NCBI GenBank assembly: GCA_016789445.1
Contig: JAEUQT010000001.1
Span: 259,603-323,602 of the forward strand
Origin: a bacterium
GTDB taxonomy: Bacteria; Patescibacteriota; Minisyncoccia; Phycocordibacterales; UBA2100
DNA length: 64,000 bases
Direction of reading: 5' to 3'
Notes under the pieces: model-generated
What the model saw: the letters and a program-made list of their open reading frames with translations, nothing else
Told to the model about the DNA's origin: nothing
Databases searched by the model: none
Shown: piece by piece, positions 29,195 through 37,819 of the stretch
Layout: the number at the start of each line of letters is the position of its first letter
Numbering within the stretch: the first letter of the stretch is position 1
Program-made: the position numbers and the translations under genes

Positions 29195-29971
29195 ATGCGC
29201 GGCGCCAAACTCGGGCAACATTTTCTCAATGCACAATGGGTCGCACGAGATCTCGTGCGAAGTGTTGGGATTCGAGAGAAGGAAACAATCATCGAAGTCG
29301 GTCCGGGAAGGGGAGCCCTGACGAAAGAATTACTTGCGCAGGGCGCTACGGTAATTGCGATCGAGAAGGATCCGACGCTTATTCCTGTCTTACGCGAAGC
29401 ATTTGCGCAGGAACTCAGCAGCGGGCAATTAAAGCTTATCGAGGGGGATATCCGCGACACGACACCAGCAACGCTCGATATCGAGAGCTACTCAGTAGCG
29501 GCGAATATCCCGTACTACATAACCGGGGAGATCATCCGCCATTTCCTTACGGCACCCGAACAGCCGCGCGCCATGTCGCTCCTCATTCAGAAGGAAGTGG
29601 CCGAGCGTATCGTCGCGCGGGATGGGAAAGAAAGCATCCTTTCGCTCTCGGTAAAGGCATATGGAAACCCTTCCATCGTGGCCAAAGTACCCGCTGGCTG
29701 TTTCAATCCTCCTCCAAAAGTCGACTCTGCGATCCTTCTCGTTGAAGACATATCAAGAGAATTCTTCGATACTATTTCTGAGGAGAATTTCTTCAAAGTA
29801 GTAAGAACGGGATTCGCATCAAAGCGAAAAATGCTCGCGGGGAATTTGAAGGGGTTGTTTGAAAATTCTGCCCAAATACTGCAAGAGTGCGGCATAGATG
29901 TGAAGGTGCGGGCGGAGGATGTGCAGCTTAGCCAGTGGAAGAAGATTGCGAGCACGCTGCGTCACGGATAA
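29195..29971 (+). CDS. rsmA: 16S rRNA (adenine1518/1519-N6)-dimethyltransferase
   Basis: 258 aa. N-terminal GQHFL, SAM motif VIEVGPGRGALT, and ANIPYYIT. Confidence 0.85.
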   Translation: MRGAKLGQHFLNAQWVARDLVRSVGIREKETIIEVGPGRGALTKELLAQGATVIAIEKDPTLIPVLREAFAQELSSGQLKLIEGDIRDTTPATLDIESYSVAANIPYYITGEIIRHFLTAPEQPRAMSLLIQKEVAERIVARDGKESILSLSVKAYGNPSIVAKVPAGCFNPPPKVDSAILLVEDISREFFDTISEENFFKVVRTGFASKRKMLAGNLKGLFENSAQILQECGIDVKVRAEDVQLSQWKKIASTLRHG

Positions 29972-30000
29972 TTTCTTCGCTGTTCTGCTCGGTCACACAT

Positions 30001-30026
30001 AAAATCCACGCCGACGCGTGGATTTT
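30001..30026 (+). terminator. terminator after rsmA
   Basis: aaaatccacgc-cgac-gcgtggattttt. Confidence 0.55.
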
Positions 30027-30117
30027 TGCGCGACCCCGACTCGGCCGTTTCGCCTTCTGGCGAAACATGCCTCCGTCTCAGTAGCTCCGTATCAAAGAGC
30101 GCGCAGGCGCTCTTTGA

Positions 30118-30444
30118 TTACTGGCTACTGCCCATCATGTCGATGTTGGTGCCTGGCCAGACAATAAGAGGGAAGATTGAAACAACACAGTAATACGGAG
30201 CGCTCGCGAGACCGAGAAGCCATTGGCCCGTATGTCGCGGCGGGCCGAACTGATACGTCTTCGTCGCCGGTGTCCAGATGAACGGACCACCACGAGGAGG
30301 GGAGAGGAACGCGTAGATCGCATTGTTGTAGCACGGACGGATCGTCGTGATCTGCCCACCAAAAGGAAACGCGTACGTCGTGAAGGGAACCGCAAGCAGG
30401 ATGACCCCGACGATGGAAGATACGCTAAGCGCGCGCATGTGCAC
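30118..30444 (-). CDS. small secreted hypothetical protein (108 aa)
   Basis: Signal peptide MHMRALSVSSIVGVILLAVPFTTYA, rich in Pro/Tyr/Trp. Its own terminator hairpin lies at 30091..30118. Confidence 0.45.
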   Translation of the reverse strand: MHMRALSVSSIVGVILLAVPFTTYAFPFGGQITTIRPCYNNAIYAFLSPPRGGPFIWTPATKTYQFGPPRHTGQWLLGLASAPYYCVVSIFPLIVWPGTNIDMMGSSQ

Positions 30445-30491
30445 ATTCTAACATCGCGCAGTGATGCACCAGCTATACTGTGTGTACGAAT

Positions 30492-31478
30492 ATGGTGATC
30501 AACGAAGGCGGGAACTATCAAGACATGATCGCCGGCATCGAAGCCGAGAAAAAAAGCGTTGTCATCACCGATGACGCAGACACGAAGAAGGAAGGGTGGA
30601 TCCATCGCCATCCGTTTCTTGCAACCATCCTCGGCATCGTCGGACTTTTGTTTCTCGGCATTGCCCTGGTCGCTAATCGCATCGATGTAAATCCTGCGAG
30701 TTCCAGTGGCGCATGGGGCGGTGCAGGCGGTGCGTTCTTTGGAACAATTAAGAACGCCATTCCTACAGGGGTTAATACAAGCGACGTCGTGGTACGGCTT
30801 CAGTCACCTGATGATGCGTATGCCGCGGTGCCGATTTACAAGCCAACGGAACAAACCGACGTGCCAGCCGGCGTCGACGACATCGCGTCGCTCCTTGCGC
30901 AATTAGTGCAACACACGCCGGTTACCCCAGCCTCCACTCAAGAACCGGCAACACCCGATAGTTATTCATTCATCCCACAAGGATTGGTGAGCACCGAACC
31001 AACCACCAAGAAATTAAGCGCTGAACAAGAGAGGCTCAAAAGCTACGGAAACGCCGTCGGTACCCACATAAAAGGATATGAGGATACGCACGCTGGCTCC
31101 GCACAGATCCTCAAGGACCACGTGGAGGACCGCACGAATCCGGATAAGATACGTGCGCTCAAGATCCTCGGGACCGACATGCAGCAATTGGGGAATGACC
31201 TTAAAGACTTAGCAGAAGTGCCGGCTGATATTGCTGGCATGCACCGCACCTACGCAAATGCATACTTCGCTGCGGGTGCGAATCTCATTTTGATAGCGGA
31301 CACCTCCAGCGACGAACAGTTCGTCGACGCAATAACCAAGTACAACGCGGTCGTCGAGAAGCTCTCAGTGCAATTCCAGCTTCTTGTCGCACTCTTCGGC
31401 ACCAATGAGGTGTCATTCTCCCAGTCGGAACCGGGAAGTATCTTCATGTTTAGTCCGAATCTCTCGCTCGCGCAGTGA
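30492..31478 (+). CDS. hypothetical membrane-anchored protein; first gene of the T4SS-like cluster
   Basis: TM segment FLATILGIVGLLFLGIALVA. A TATACT -10-like element lies immediately upstream. Start alternatives are GTG 30480, ATG 30492 and ATG 30525. Confidence 0.5.
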   Translation: MVINEGGNYQDMIAGIEAEKKSVVITDDADTKKEGWIHRHPFLATILGIVGLLFLGIALVANRIDVNPASSSGAWGGAGGAFFGTIKNAIPTGVNTSDVVVRLQSPDDAYAAVPIYKPTEQTDVPAGVDDIASLLAQLVQHTPVTPASTQEPATPDSYSFIPQGLVSTEPTTKKLSAEQERLKSYGNAVGTHIKGYEDTHAGSAQILKDHVEDRTNPDKIRALKILGTDMQQLGNDLKDLAEVPADIAGMHRTYANAYFAAGANLILIADTSSDEQFVDAITKYNAVVEKLSVQFQLLVALFGTNEVSFSQSEPGSIFMFSPNLSLAQ

Positions 31479-31490
31479 TATAATTTTCGC

Positions 31491-32351
31491 GTGAACTCGG
31501 GACGCTCTCGTGGGGTTTCTCCCATTGCCACTGCAGCCGCACTTTCCGTTGCGCTTCTTCTCGCGGCAATCGGGTCATATATCGGTGATCACGTTCGTCG
31601 ACCTTCTACTCAAGCGCCCAAAGCGGCTCCGACAGCGGCACAAGAACAGCGATATGCATCAGTAGAAGATGCGGACAAGAATGGCCTGCCGGATTGGCAG
31701 GACGAATTGATGCGCGGTGGCGTCTCGTTCAGTACGACCAGCGCCTCAACGACCGAATCACGCGACCCCGTAACTGCTCTCGGCACTTCCTTAATCAACT
31801 CCCTCGCAAGCGGTTACTCCTCGCTTAAGGAGTTCAATATGTATTCAGACGAACAGGCAGAGAAGCTGGCTACGACCTTGGCCGCAAACTTCAAAGCACC
31901 CGACACCACGGTGGCCCATACGATTGATGAACTCACGGTCGATCCCGATACCTCATCTGGCGCCATCCTAGAGTACCGCAGCGACATGCGTGTGGCGCTT
32001 GCAGGCCTCGTCGATCTCGAAGCGGAACCGGAATTCTCTTTGTTTGCGCGCTACATCCAGACCAATGACCCTAAGTGGCTTACGGAACTCGGTAAAGCCG
32101 CTGAACGTTATCGCACCGCCGAGACAAATCTCATGAAAGTTACGGTCCCGGACACCGCCGCATATCTTCACCTCCGTGCAACGAACGCGACCGGTACCTA
32201 TGCCCAGACACTGGAGCGACTTGTCCGATTTGCGAAAGACCCACTCGCAACCATGGCGCTTTTGAGAACGTATAATGAGTCTGAGCGAGAATACCTTCTC
32301 GCGTTTGATGCATTGGCGAAATTCTATGCTGAGAATACTAGCGGGAACTAG
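31491..32351 (+). CDS. hypothetical membrane-anchored protein (286 aa)
   Basis: GTG start, N-terminal hydrophobic segment IATAAALSVALLLAAIGSYI. No family recognised. Confidence 0.45.
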   Translation: MNSGRSRGVSPIATAAALSVALLLAAIGSYIGDHVRRPSTQAPKAAPTAAQEQRYASVEDADKNGLPDWQDELMRGGVSFSTTSASTTESRDPVTALGTSLINSLASGYSSLKEFNMYSDEQAEKLATTLAANFKAPDTTVAHTIDELTVDPDTSSGAILEYRSDMRVALAGLVDLEAEPEFSLFARYIQTNDPKWLTELGKAAERYRTAETNLMKVTVPDTAAYLHLRATNATGTYAQTLERLVRFAKDPLATMALLRTYNESEREYLLAFDALAKFYAENTSGN

Positions 32352-32364
32352 GGAAGATCGTGTC

Positions 32365-33924
32365 GTGCGGGCGATACTTTGCGCAGCGCTCGTGCTGTTT
32401 CTCCTCTCTATCGTTCCGGTCTTCGCACAAGAGGCAGAAGAGCCGGCCCCTACACCAACCCCGACTCCGAGCCCGACGCTCTCAAATGACGGTATCTTCG
32501 GATGCCGCGGCCAAGGAGCTAATATCGCAAACGTCGGTACGCTTTCCGCGATCGGCGGAGTGTATGTTCCCGTCAACGACGCAGCGGTAACGCTCAATAC
32601 CGGCTATCTCGTATATAAGGAATGCGTTCTCGATGCGGTTGCGCGCAAGATCGCTGAAAATTCCACATCCGAACAAGCGCGTCAGGTTATTAACGCAATC
32701 GGAAACGGTCGCGGCGGTAACCCTCAATACGTCGTGAATGAGCGCAACGAGATCAAGCAACAGAACAACATTCTCGTCGTGAACATGCTCCAGAACGCCG
32801 ATAACACCAATGCGGTCTGCTCGGCATTCCGTGGTTCCGTAAGAAGCACTATTGCACGCCAGTATGTCCTGAACACAAACCAGGCTGCTTCTCCGTTTAC
32901 CTGCACCATGCCGGGAGAGGGAAGCAGCTACTGGGAACGCCTCGCGGCACTGCGCGATCCGCGCAATAACGAATACGGCGCATATCGAATCGTCGACGAA
33001 TTGCGACGACGAACGCTTTCATATAACGAATTCAACCAACGCGAACGCTGGCAACGATCGGGAGGTTTCTACGACACGACGAGCAGCAACGAGGACCCGA
33101 TGAACTCGAACATCATCACGCCCGGCTCTATCGTGCAACGCTCGCTTGATCAGATGCTCGGCTCCGGTTTCCGTCAACTTGAAAGCGCAGATGAGATCGA
33201 TCAGGTGGTAGGTAATCTCTGGGGAGGTCTTACGACCCAGCTCGTCGCCGATACTCGAGGCCTTTCGGGCCTTACACAGTCGGTCAATGGACAGCCGTCA
33301 TACATCGATCGCATGACGGCACAGACCGCCGCAAGCGTCCGCCAACAGGCGGCCAACACCGCCCTCAGCGTTATCGGGGCCGCTCGCCAGATCGAGACGA
33401 CCTATCGCCAAGCGAAAGAGGGAATCGCGACCGCGCTCTCTAATTCCATCGAGCAGCTCCGTGCAGCGGAGAATCAATGCTGGGGACTCATTATCCCGAA
33501 AGTACAGGAAGCTGCAGGAACAGGAACACAACTCAATATCGCAACCTCGACCCGTTTCTCGCAGCCGATCATCGATGCGCAGATCGCACCGCTCGCCACC
33601 AGCACCATTCGCGATATCCGCAATTCCGACGCAGCTATCGCGCTTCTCAACGAGCTCATCTCAAGCGTATCGAACAGCGCTTCGCAAGCGAACCAGCAGC
33701 AGGCACTCCTTCGTCTCGACACCATGGTTGCAAACCGCCAGCTTCATACCGCTACGGATGCAACAAACGCGTCGACGCAGCGCGACAACGTGGCGAGCGC
33801 GCTTACGAAGCTTGTCGAGGACACGGTCAAAGCCTGGGGGGATAGCACCGATCCGAACGTCGGATGGTGCAACGTCAATAATCAGGAGGTGGTTACGAAG
33901 TGGCTTAACGAGTGGAGGATATGA
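32365..33924 (+). CDS. large secreted hypothetical protein (about 520 aa)
   Basis: Signal peptide RAILCAALVLFLLSIVPVFA followed by a Pro/Thr linker. Start ambiguous between ATG 32326 (26-nt overlap with the previous gene) and GTG 32365. The stop overlaps the next start (ATGA). Confidence 0.5.
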   Translation: MRAILCAALVLFLLSIVPVFAQEAEEPAPTPTPTPSPTLSNDGIFGCRGQGANIANVGTLSAIGGVYVPVNDAAVTLNTGYLVYKECVLDAVARKIAENSTSEQARQVINAIGNGRGGNPQYVVNERNEIKQQNNILVVNMLQNADNTNAVCSAFRGSVRSTIARQYVLNTNQAASPFTCTMPGEGSSYWERLAALRDPRNNEYGAYRIVDELRRRTLSYNEFNQRERWQRSGGFYDTTSSNEDPMNSNIITPGSIVQRSLDQMLGSGFRQLESADEIDQVVGNLWGGLTTQLVADTRGLSGLTQSVNGQPSYIDRMTAQTAASVRQQAANTALSVIGAARQIETTYRQAKEGIATALSNSIEQLRAAENQCWGLIIPKVQEAAGTGTQLNIATSTRFSQPIIDAQIAPLATSTIRDIRNSDAAIALLNELISSVSNSASQANQQQALLRLDTMVANRQLHTATDATNASTQRDNVASALTKLVEDTVKAWGDSTDPNVGWCNVNNQEVVTKWLNEWRI

Positions 33925-36032
33925 TCGCATCCCGAACATTCCGCCTCGCCCTCGTCTTTCTCGTCTCGGCACTTTTCATTGCTGCCATAATTACGCCGCA
34001 TATTGCCCTCGGCCAGGAAGCGGCAGCACAGGCAACCATCGAGCCTAATGATTCTTGCAGTATCTGGAACGGAACCTGGGGATTCAACTGTGGCATCTGG
34101 TACCCATTCATGAGCGCGTTGGGAACCTTACTCCTTTCGTTCAGTATCAGTGTACTCGTGGTGCTGGGAGCAATCTTCGATCAATTCCTCTCGGCGCTGG
34201 TCGTCTCTTTTCAGGACACACTCGTCTCACTCAACATACTCGGTGGCATTCAGATCGCTTGGCAGCTTTTCCGCGATATCACCAACGTCGTCATTATCGG
34301 CGTCTTCGTCTTCGTCGCCATCATGACCATCCTCGGCAGCACAGAGTATGGGACCAAACGGCTTGTCTCTCGCGTTCTCATCGTAGCGATCCTGATCAAT
34401 TTCAGCCTCCTTTTCACACGCGTCGTCATTGAAAGCACCAATTTCGTATCAGCTCAATTCGCGCGGTCTATGCCGAACAATGCGCTCACCGCTGGGGTTG
34501 CGCAGAGCTTCTTGCAGGCATTTGGTATCGACGGCACGATCAGCGGCACCTACGAGCTTACGCGCCGCGTCGCAACGGAAACGGATAGCGGCTGGGCGGC
34601 ACTCATCTATGGAGTCGTCGCGGGCAGCGTGCTCTTAGTCATCGCACTCGTCTTTCTCTATGGGATAGTCATCATCAGCGCTCGCGCGCTGCTTCTGGTG
34701 TTCATGATGATTACTGCACCGATCGCGTTCGCATCATTCTTAATCCCCACATGGTCAAACCAGGCATATATCGGTTGGAACAATTGGTGGTCAAACCTCC
34801 TCAAGGCGGCGATGTTCGGCCCGATATTCATGGTGTTCCTCTGGATCGCGATGCAGATAATCGCCCGGGGGAGCGTGGCAAACGCAGGAGCGGCTCTCGG
34901 CAAACTCGCGAATGACCCATCCAAGATGGATGTGAACGCGTGGCAGCAGCTGATCTTCCTCATGATCGGTACCGGCGTTCTCTTTATCGGCATACGCGCA
35001 TCAAGTTCATTCGCAGCGTCCATCGGCGGCTTCAACTGGGCGACTGTAGCATCACTACTGCCGGTCACTCTCGGTTCTCGCTTCGCAGCAGCTCCTGCAC
35101 TTCGTCGCTTCGTCGGCCAGCCTGCGCTTGAACGACAACTTCAGTACGAAGATGACATCAAGCGAGCGAAAGCGCGAGGCGACTGGTCTCAAGCAGCACT
35201 TCTTCAGAAAGACTATTCGAAGGCTGCGAAAATGGCATCTCGTGACTTTAATGCGATGAATTCCAATGTTTCGAAGCTTCTCACGAAATCACTTGGCGTT
35301 CCCAGCATGCTGGGCGGAGAAAAGAAATTGGGCGGAGCTGCTGGTATCGCGACTGCCGCGGCAAAAGAAACAGCGAAGGAGCTCAAGAACCTTCAGCCTT
35401 CGGCTCAAGATCTCGCTTCTGCAAGCAAAGCGGCGGCAAGCGAGGTTCGAGAGGGGAATAAGGCGCTCGCAGAATCTCTCAAGGGTGATCGTGATGCGGC
35501 TGTCGCACGACGAGAAGCCGCGGGCGGATCAGGTTCGGGTACGAGGACTGAACAGAAACAGATTACCGACACCATCCGCAAGGCGGTTGAAGATGGCAGC
35601 TCTTCGGGCGCTAACGCTGCGCAGCGCCAGATCGAACACAAACGCGAAGTGGATGCCGAACGAAAAGCTGAGATCGGTCAGGTTACTAACAAGATTGCCG
35701 AAGTTAAGACCGACGTGAACCGAAATATCGCACAGGAAATCAATGACGCGCAGGCCGCCCTAGGTCCGCTCTCTATGCTCGATGCAGACGTAACAAATGC
35801 CACTAACCGGATGACAATGAATCAGTTCGAGACAAATCAAAAGGCGATTGAAGCTAGTCAGAATGCGCAGTTAGGTGCCATTGATATGCTACAGAGCGCA
35901 ATTCAAGACTCTCTTTCCCGAAGCGGGAATGATAATGCAGCAACAGCGAAAATTGCTATGAAGCTGGTTGAAAAACAGAATCCGAACGTTGGGCGAGTTA
36001 TGAGCATTGCAAGACAAAATGGTCTTAAATAA
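33921..36032 (+). CDS. VirB6/TrbL-like polytopic membrane protein with a long hydrophilic coiled-coil C-terminal extension
   Basis: N-terminal signal/TM, a Cys-containing loop, then about 6 TM helices over residues ~60-380, followed by ~320 aa of Ala/Lys/Glu-rich hydrophilic sequence. This topology is typical of T4SS VirB6/TrbL. ATGA start-stop overlap with the upstream gene. Confidence 0.55.
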   Translation: MIASRTFRLALVFLVSALFIAAIITPHIALGQEAAAQATIEPNDSCSIWNGTWGFNCGIWYPFMSALGTLLLSFSISVLVVLGAIFDQFLSALVVSFQDTLVSLNILGGIQIAWQLFRDITNVVIIGVFVFVAIMTILGSTEYGTKRLVSRVLIVAILINFSLLFTRVVIESTNFVSAQFARSMPNNALTAGVAQSFLQAFGIDGTISGTYELTRRVATETDSGWAALIYGVVAGSVLLVIALVFLYGIVIISARALLLVFMMITAPIAFASFLIPTWSNQAYIGWNNWWSNLLKAAMFGPIFMVFLWIAMQIIARGSVANAGAALGKLANDPSKMDVNAWQQLIFLMIGTGVLFIGIRASSSFAASIGGFNWATVASLLPVTLGSRFAAAPALRRFVGQPALERQLQYEDDIKRAKARGDWSQAALLQKDYSKAAKMASRDFNAMNSNVSKLLTKSLGVPSMLGGEKKLGGAAGIATAAAKETAKELKNLQPSAQDLASASKAAASEVREGNKALAESLKGDRDAAVARREAAGGSGSGTRTEQKQITDTIRKAVEDGSSSGANAAQRQIEHKREVDAERKAEIGQVTNKIAEVKTDVNRNIAQEINDAQAALGPLSMLDADVTNATNRMTMNQFETNQKAIEASQNAQLGAIDMLQSAIQDSLSRSGNDNAATAKIAMKLVEKQNPNVGRVMSIARQNGLK

Positions 36033-36037
36033 TCATT

Positions 36038-36586
36038 ATGCCCGGGCAAGATCCTGAACTAAATAAACACATTGCCGAACGATTCAAGGCATTGCCGCCG
36101 GTCGTCCAGAAAGCGATTACCTCTTCAGATATTGAGAAGAATCTCCGCACCATGGCAGATGGTCAAAAATTACATGTGGACCAATGGCAGGCACTCGAAA
36201 ACGAGGTCATGTTCTCCTTACTGGGCTTCAAGCCCGTAGCAGAGTTGGAAAAAAACCTCGTAAAGTCGGTTGGAGTTACCGCCGAAGTAGCTCATGTGCT
36301 TGCGGTAGATGTAAATCGCATCGTCTTTGAACCAATTCGACAAGAACTAGAGAGAGAACTACAACACCCGGCGGCCCAGGAAGCTGCCGTAAGCGGCACC
36401 GAAGCCGCACGAGCACAGGCGATTTCACAAGAAGCGGCGGCGGCAGCTCCCGCACCGACTCCACCCACTCCAAAACCTGACGCCACTGCTGCGCGAGCGC
36501 CTGCTTCGGGGGCATATAAACCGGGGGAGACCTCTGCACAACGAAAATCGGTTACCGACGATCCATATCGTGAAGTGCCACTCTGA
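36038..36586 (+). CDS. hypothetical protein (182 aa), Ala/Pro-rich C-terminus
   Basis: ATG 6 nt after the VirB6-like stop. No motif recognised. Confidence 0.45.
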   Translation: MPGQDPELNKHIAERFKALPPVVQKAITSSDIEKNLRTMADGQKLHVDQWQALENEVMFSLLGFKPVAELEKNLVKSVGVTAEVAHVLAVDVNRIVFEPIRQELERELQHPAAQEAAVSGTEAARAQAISQEAAAAAPAPTPPTPKPDATAARAPASGAYKPGETSAQRKSVTDDPYREVPL

Positions 36587-36629
36587 AAGATGAAGTAGTG
36601 GCGCACAAATACTTGGTATACTGCTGGGG

Positions 36630-37127
36630 ATGCAGTTCCAGGTTCCTCAATTCATCGAGGTGGAGGACAAGATCTTCGGTCCGCTGACGTTCAAGCAGTT
36701 CGTCTATATCACGGGCGGAGCCGGTATTTCCTACATGCTCTGGCGATCGCTTCCGATCTACGTCGCCGTCCCATTCATCGCACTCTTCGGCGGCCTCGGG
36801 ATCTCACTGGCCTTTTTCCAATACAACGGCCAACCGTTCATCCAATCCCTTGAGCATGCCTTTTTCTACTTCACCCGCAACAAGCTCTACCTTTGGAGCA
36901 ACGAAGAAGCTATCAATACCCGTAAGAAGGCGGCAACTATCACCACCGCCTCGGCAACTCCCTACGTACCGCACCTCTCTGACAGCAAACTGCACGACCT
37001 TTCGTGGAGCTTGGATATCCAGGAGCGCATCAACGCCGGCACCGCCGACGCGGAGGATAGGGAACAGGTCTCGCCTCTGAAGGACTTGGTCGCTCCGGTA
37101 CGCACCGCGAAGGACGCTCTCATTTGA
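36630..37127 (+). CDS. PrgI-family/VirB3-like small membrane protein of Gram-positive-type T4SS
   Basis: 165 aa. Motif FKQFVYITGGAGISYMLW plus a second TM (VPFIALFGGLGISLAFF). Sits immediately upstream of the VirB4 ATPase, as PrgI/VirB3 does. Confidence 0.5.
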   Translation: MQFQVPQFIEVEDKIFGPLTFKQFVYITGGAGISYMLWRSLPIYVAVPFIALFGGLGISLAFFQYNGQPFIQSLEHAFFYFTRNKLYLWSNEEAINTRKKAATITTASATPYVPHLSDSKLHDLSWSLDIQERINAGTADAEDREQVSPLKDLVAPVRTAKDALI

Positions 37128-37128
37128 T

Positions 37129-37818
37129 ATGCCACAAGACACCGCACAATCTGCCTCCTCGAAGGTCAGCAGCCGTTCGACACAGGAGTTCGTCCCGATC
37201 AGCGAGGTCCGTGACGGCATCGTGGTCCTCAAGGATGGGAGCCTGCGTGCAATCCTTCTCGCTTCATCCATCAACTTCGCCCTCAAATCGGAGGACGAAC
37301 AGACCGCCTTCATCGTCCAGTTCCAGAATTTCCTTAACTCATTGGACTTTTCGTGCCAGATCTTCGTCCAGTCCCGCATGTTGGACATCCGTCCGTACAT
37401 CGCGACCTTGGAAGTAGCGTACAAGAAACAGATGGACGACCTCATGCGTATCCAGATCCGTGAATACATCGAGTTCATCAAGAGTTTCACGGAGGCAGCG
37501 AATATCATGACGAAGAACTTCTTCGTGGTCGTGCCATACGCTCCCGCAGCGCTCCAATCGCTCAATAGCGGCGGTATCGCGAGCAAGCTCCCGTTCGGAC
37601 AGAAGACCTCTCCCAGCGCCGCCGAAGCCAATCGCACCTTTGAAGAGAAGGTCTCGCAGCTCGAACAGCGCGTCGGTATCGTGCAGCAGGGATTGGTGCG
37701 TTGCGGCGTCCGCACCGTACAATTAGGCACCGAGGAGGCGATCGAGCTCTTCTACAAGCTCTTCAACCCGGGCGAAGAAGGGAAGCCGATGCCAGTGGAT
37801 AACATCACGCCGCAGTGA
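37129..37818 (+). CDS. VirB4/TrbE N-terminal fragment, encoded as a separate ORF
   Basis: The segment VPISEVRDGIVVLKDGSLRAILLASSINFALKSEDEQTAFIVQFQNFLNSL matches the remembered VirB4 N-terminus pattern (lvdD-tialrnGdlmrvfrvqGvafe-a-ddaein-w-erlN-llrni). It ends at TGA 37816-37818. Confidence 0.55.
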   Translation: MPQDTAQSASSKVSSRSTQEFVPISEVRDGIVVLKDGSLRAILLASSINFALKSEDEQTAFIVQFQNFLNSLDFSCQIFVQSRMLDIRPYIATLEVAYKKQMDDLMRIQIREYIEFIKSFTEAANIMTKNFFVVVPYAPAALQSLNSGGIASKLPFGQKTSPSAAEANRTFEEKVSQLEQRVGIVQQGLVRCGVRTVQLGTEEAIELFYKLFNPGEEGKPMPVDNITPQ

Positions 37819-37819
37819 T

